A stretch of DNA of 64,000 nt from Octopus bimaculoides (lineage: Eukaryota): positions 10,867,989 to 10,931,988 of the forward strand of contig NC_069007.1 in NCBI RefSeq assembly GCF_001194135.2, read 5' to 3'. The translations under genes were made by a program, and so were the position numbers. The notes under the pieces were generated by a model. The model was not told the origin of the DNA, searched no databases, and worked only from the letters and a program-made list of their open reading frames with translations. Shown here one piece after another: positions 62,326 to 64,000 of the stretch (positions are counted from its first letter, which is position 1; each line of letters starts with the position of its first letter).

Positions 62326-63434
62326 NNNNNNNNNNNNNNNNNNNNNNNNNNNNNNNNNNNNNNNNNNNNNNNNNNNNNNNNNNNNNNNNNNNNNNNNNNN
62401 NNNNNNNNNNNNNNNNNNNNNNNNNNNNNNNNNNNNNNNNNNNNNNNNNNNNNNNNNNNNNNNNNNNNNNNNNNNNNNNNNNNNNNNNNNNNNNNNNNNN
62501 NNNNNNNNNNNNNNNNNNNNNNNNNNNNNNNNNNNNNNNNNNNNNNNNNNNNNNNNNNNNNNNNNNNNNNNNNNNNNNNNNNNNNNNNNGATTAAGCCTG
62601 AGAGAGAGAGATTGAAAGAAGGGACATGTGTGTGTGTGTGTGTGTCTGTCTGTCTGTGTATCTATCTATCTATCTTGCTATCATAATTATCATCACCATT
62701 GTTTTGATGTCCACTTTTCCATGCTGACATGAGTTAGACAAAATTTTTTGAGGCAGATTTTCTACAGCCTGATGCTTTTCCTATCACCCACTCTCACCTA
62801 TTACCTCAACTACTATGACTGAACAGATAGGATGGTCATGGTTAGAACAGCTTTTAATTAATGCTCTGCTTAATCGTGCCTGACCTAGGGCTAAACAGCA
62901 ATATACACAGTGTTGTGTAGGCTTTATACCCCAACTAATCAAATCCATTCTCGTTTTTCCTTTTTCCTAGTTAAAGGAACATTCTGGTAATTCTCCATAA
63001 CTTTCAGTATCAAGTTATACCAAACTCTAATCTTTGGTAAATCTATTCAATTCCTCTGTTTGTTTCTTTTATGATTTCCTAGAGTTCAGTTTGTCAATCT
63101 TTTCCATGCCTCCTGTCTTCGCTTATCCTCTCTGGAAGTGTCCAAGCCTGATTCCATTTCAACAGTTTTATAAACTTTGACAATATCATTTACTTTTGTT
63201 TGTTCTCAGATCTGTTTCATTGTTTTATTTCCTTTCCATGTTATTTTAAGGGCGAGAAACATCATCTCTATCTTGGTGGACAAAATTGCTTCTGGGGGAA
63301 GAACGTCATAAAAGACCTGAGGGACTTTATACTAAATTGTTCCAAACAATACTTATGCATAAACGACAGCGACAACAGCAACAGCAATAATATCGAGTAA
63401 CATTCGTCTGATTTTTATGATTATTTTTCTATTT

Positions 63435-63465
<31 letters not shown>

Positions 63466-63779
63466 TTCCAATTGACTTGAATTAACTGTGACAGTCTATG
63501 TTATATTCTTTGGAAATTGGCAATGGAAATGTAGGTGGAATTGGTGGTGGTTGTGGTGATGGAATTGGCGGTAGAATTGGTGATGGGTGTAGTGGAACTG
63601 GTGATGCTGCTTCCAGGAAATAAATGAAGTTACATCTTGAAAAGTATTGGTGTGTGAGTGTATGTGTGTGTGCGCGCACACGTGTGTATGAGACAGATAG
63701 AGAGAAATACATACACACACAAATATACACAAAAATGAAAACACTCACACACACACACACATATATATATATACACACA

Positions 63780-63985
63780 TTCTTTTATTTGTTTCAGTCT
63801 TTTGTCTGCAGCCATGCTAGAGCACTGCCTTTAGTCGAACGAATCGACTCCAGGACTCACTGTTTGTAAGCCTAGTACTTATTCTATCGGGCTCTTTTTG
63901 CTGAACTGCTAAGTTATGGGGATGCAGACACACTAACAACGGTTCTCAAGTGATTGTGGGGGGAGAAACACAGACACACATACAT
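63780..63985 (-). mobile_element. SINE family A 3' half
   Basis: ttcttttatttgtttcagtc...gagcactgcctttagtcg...acacagacac. Confidence 0.85.
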
Positions 63986-64000
63986 ATACATATACATATA

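Noticed and set aside
63482-63640. Proline-rich or histidine-rich minus-strand exon candidate
   Set aside because: It derives from a simple ggaattggtggt repeat that is open in all frames; no independent support.

Overview
AT-rich, microsatellite-dense eukaryotic DNA with many N gaps. The repeat families (tRNA-derived SINEs resembling octopus OK/OR1/OR2, abundant RTE-clade LINE ends with (GAT)n tails) suggest a cephalopod, probably Octopus; this is inference. No complete or nameable protein-coding gene is visible, and almost all ORFs in the supplied track are artefacts of microsatellites or N runs. The window is mostly decayed transposons: RTE LINEs, a CRE-type REL endonuclease fragment, two Penelope-like (PLE) GIY-YIG fragments, a Gypsy integrase, three mariners, a DD37D maT element, a hAT transposase, Helitron pieces, piggyBac-like and Tigger-like MITEs, and at least four SINE families. 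The most notable signal is RNA-structural: five type I hammerhead ribozyme (HHR) folds on the + strand (about 18.0, 47.8, 57.5, 59.5 and 60.1 kb). Two of them are direct repeats whose predicted cleavage sites are 597 nt apart. They flank a unit whose ends are long inverted repeats and sit just upstream of a PLE endonuclease remnant, which is a retrozyme-like (circular RNA-producing) layout. Three copies share a non-canonical CCGANGA core. Weaker host-gene signals are a candidate minus-strand exon (6215-6365), an RFX X-box next to a CRE-like site (42.8 kb) and a decayed 338-bp tandem repeat with coding-like divergence (7.8-8.5 kb). All alignments and folds were done by eye; coordinates of decayed elements are approximate.
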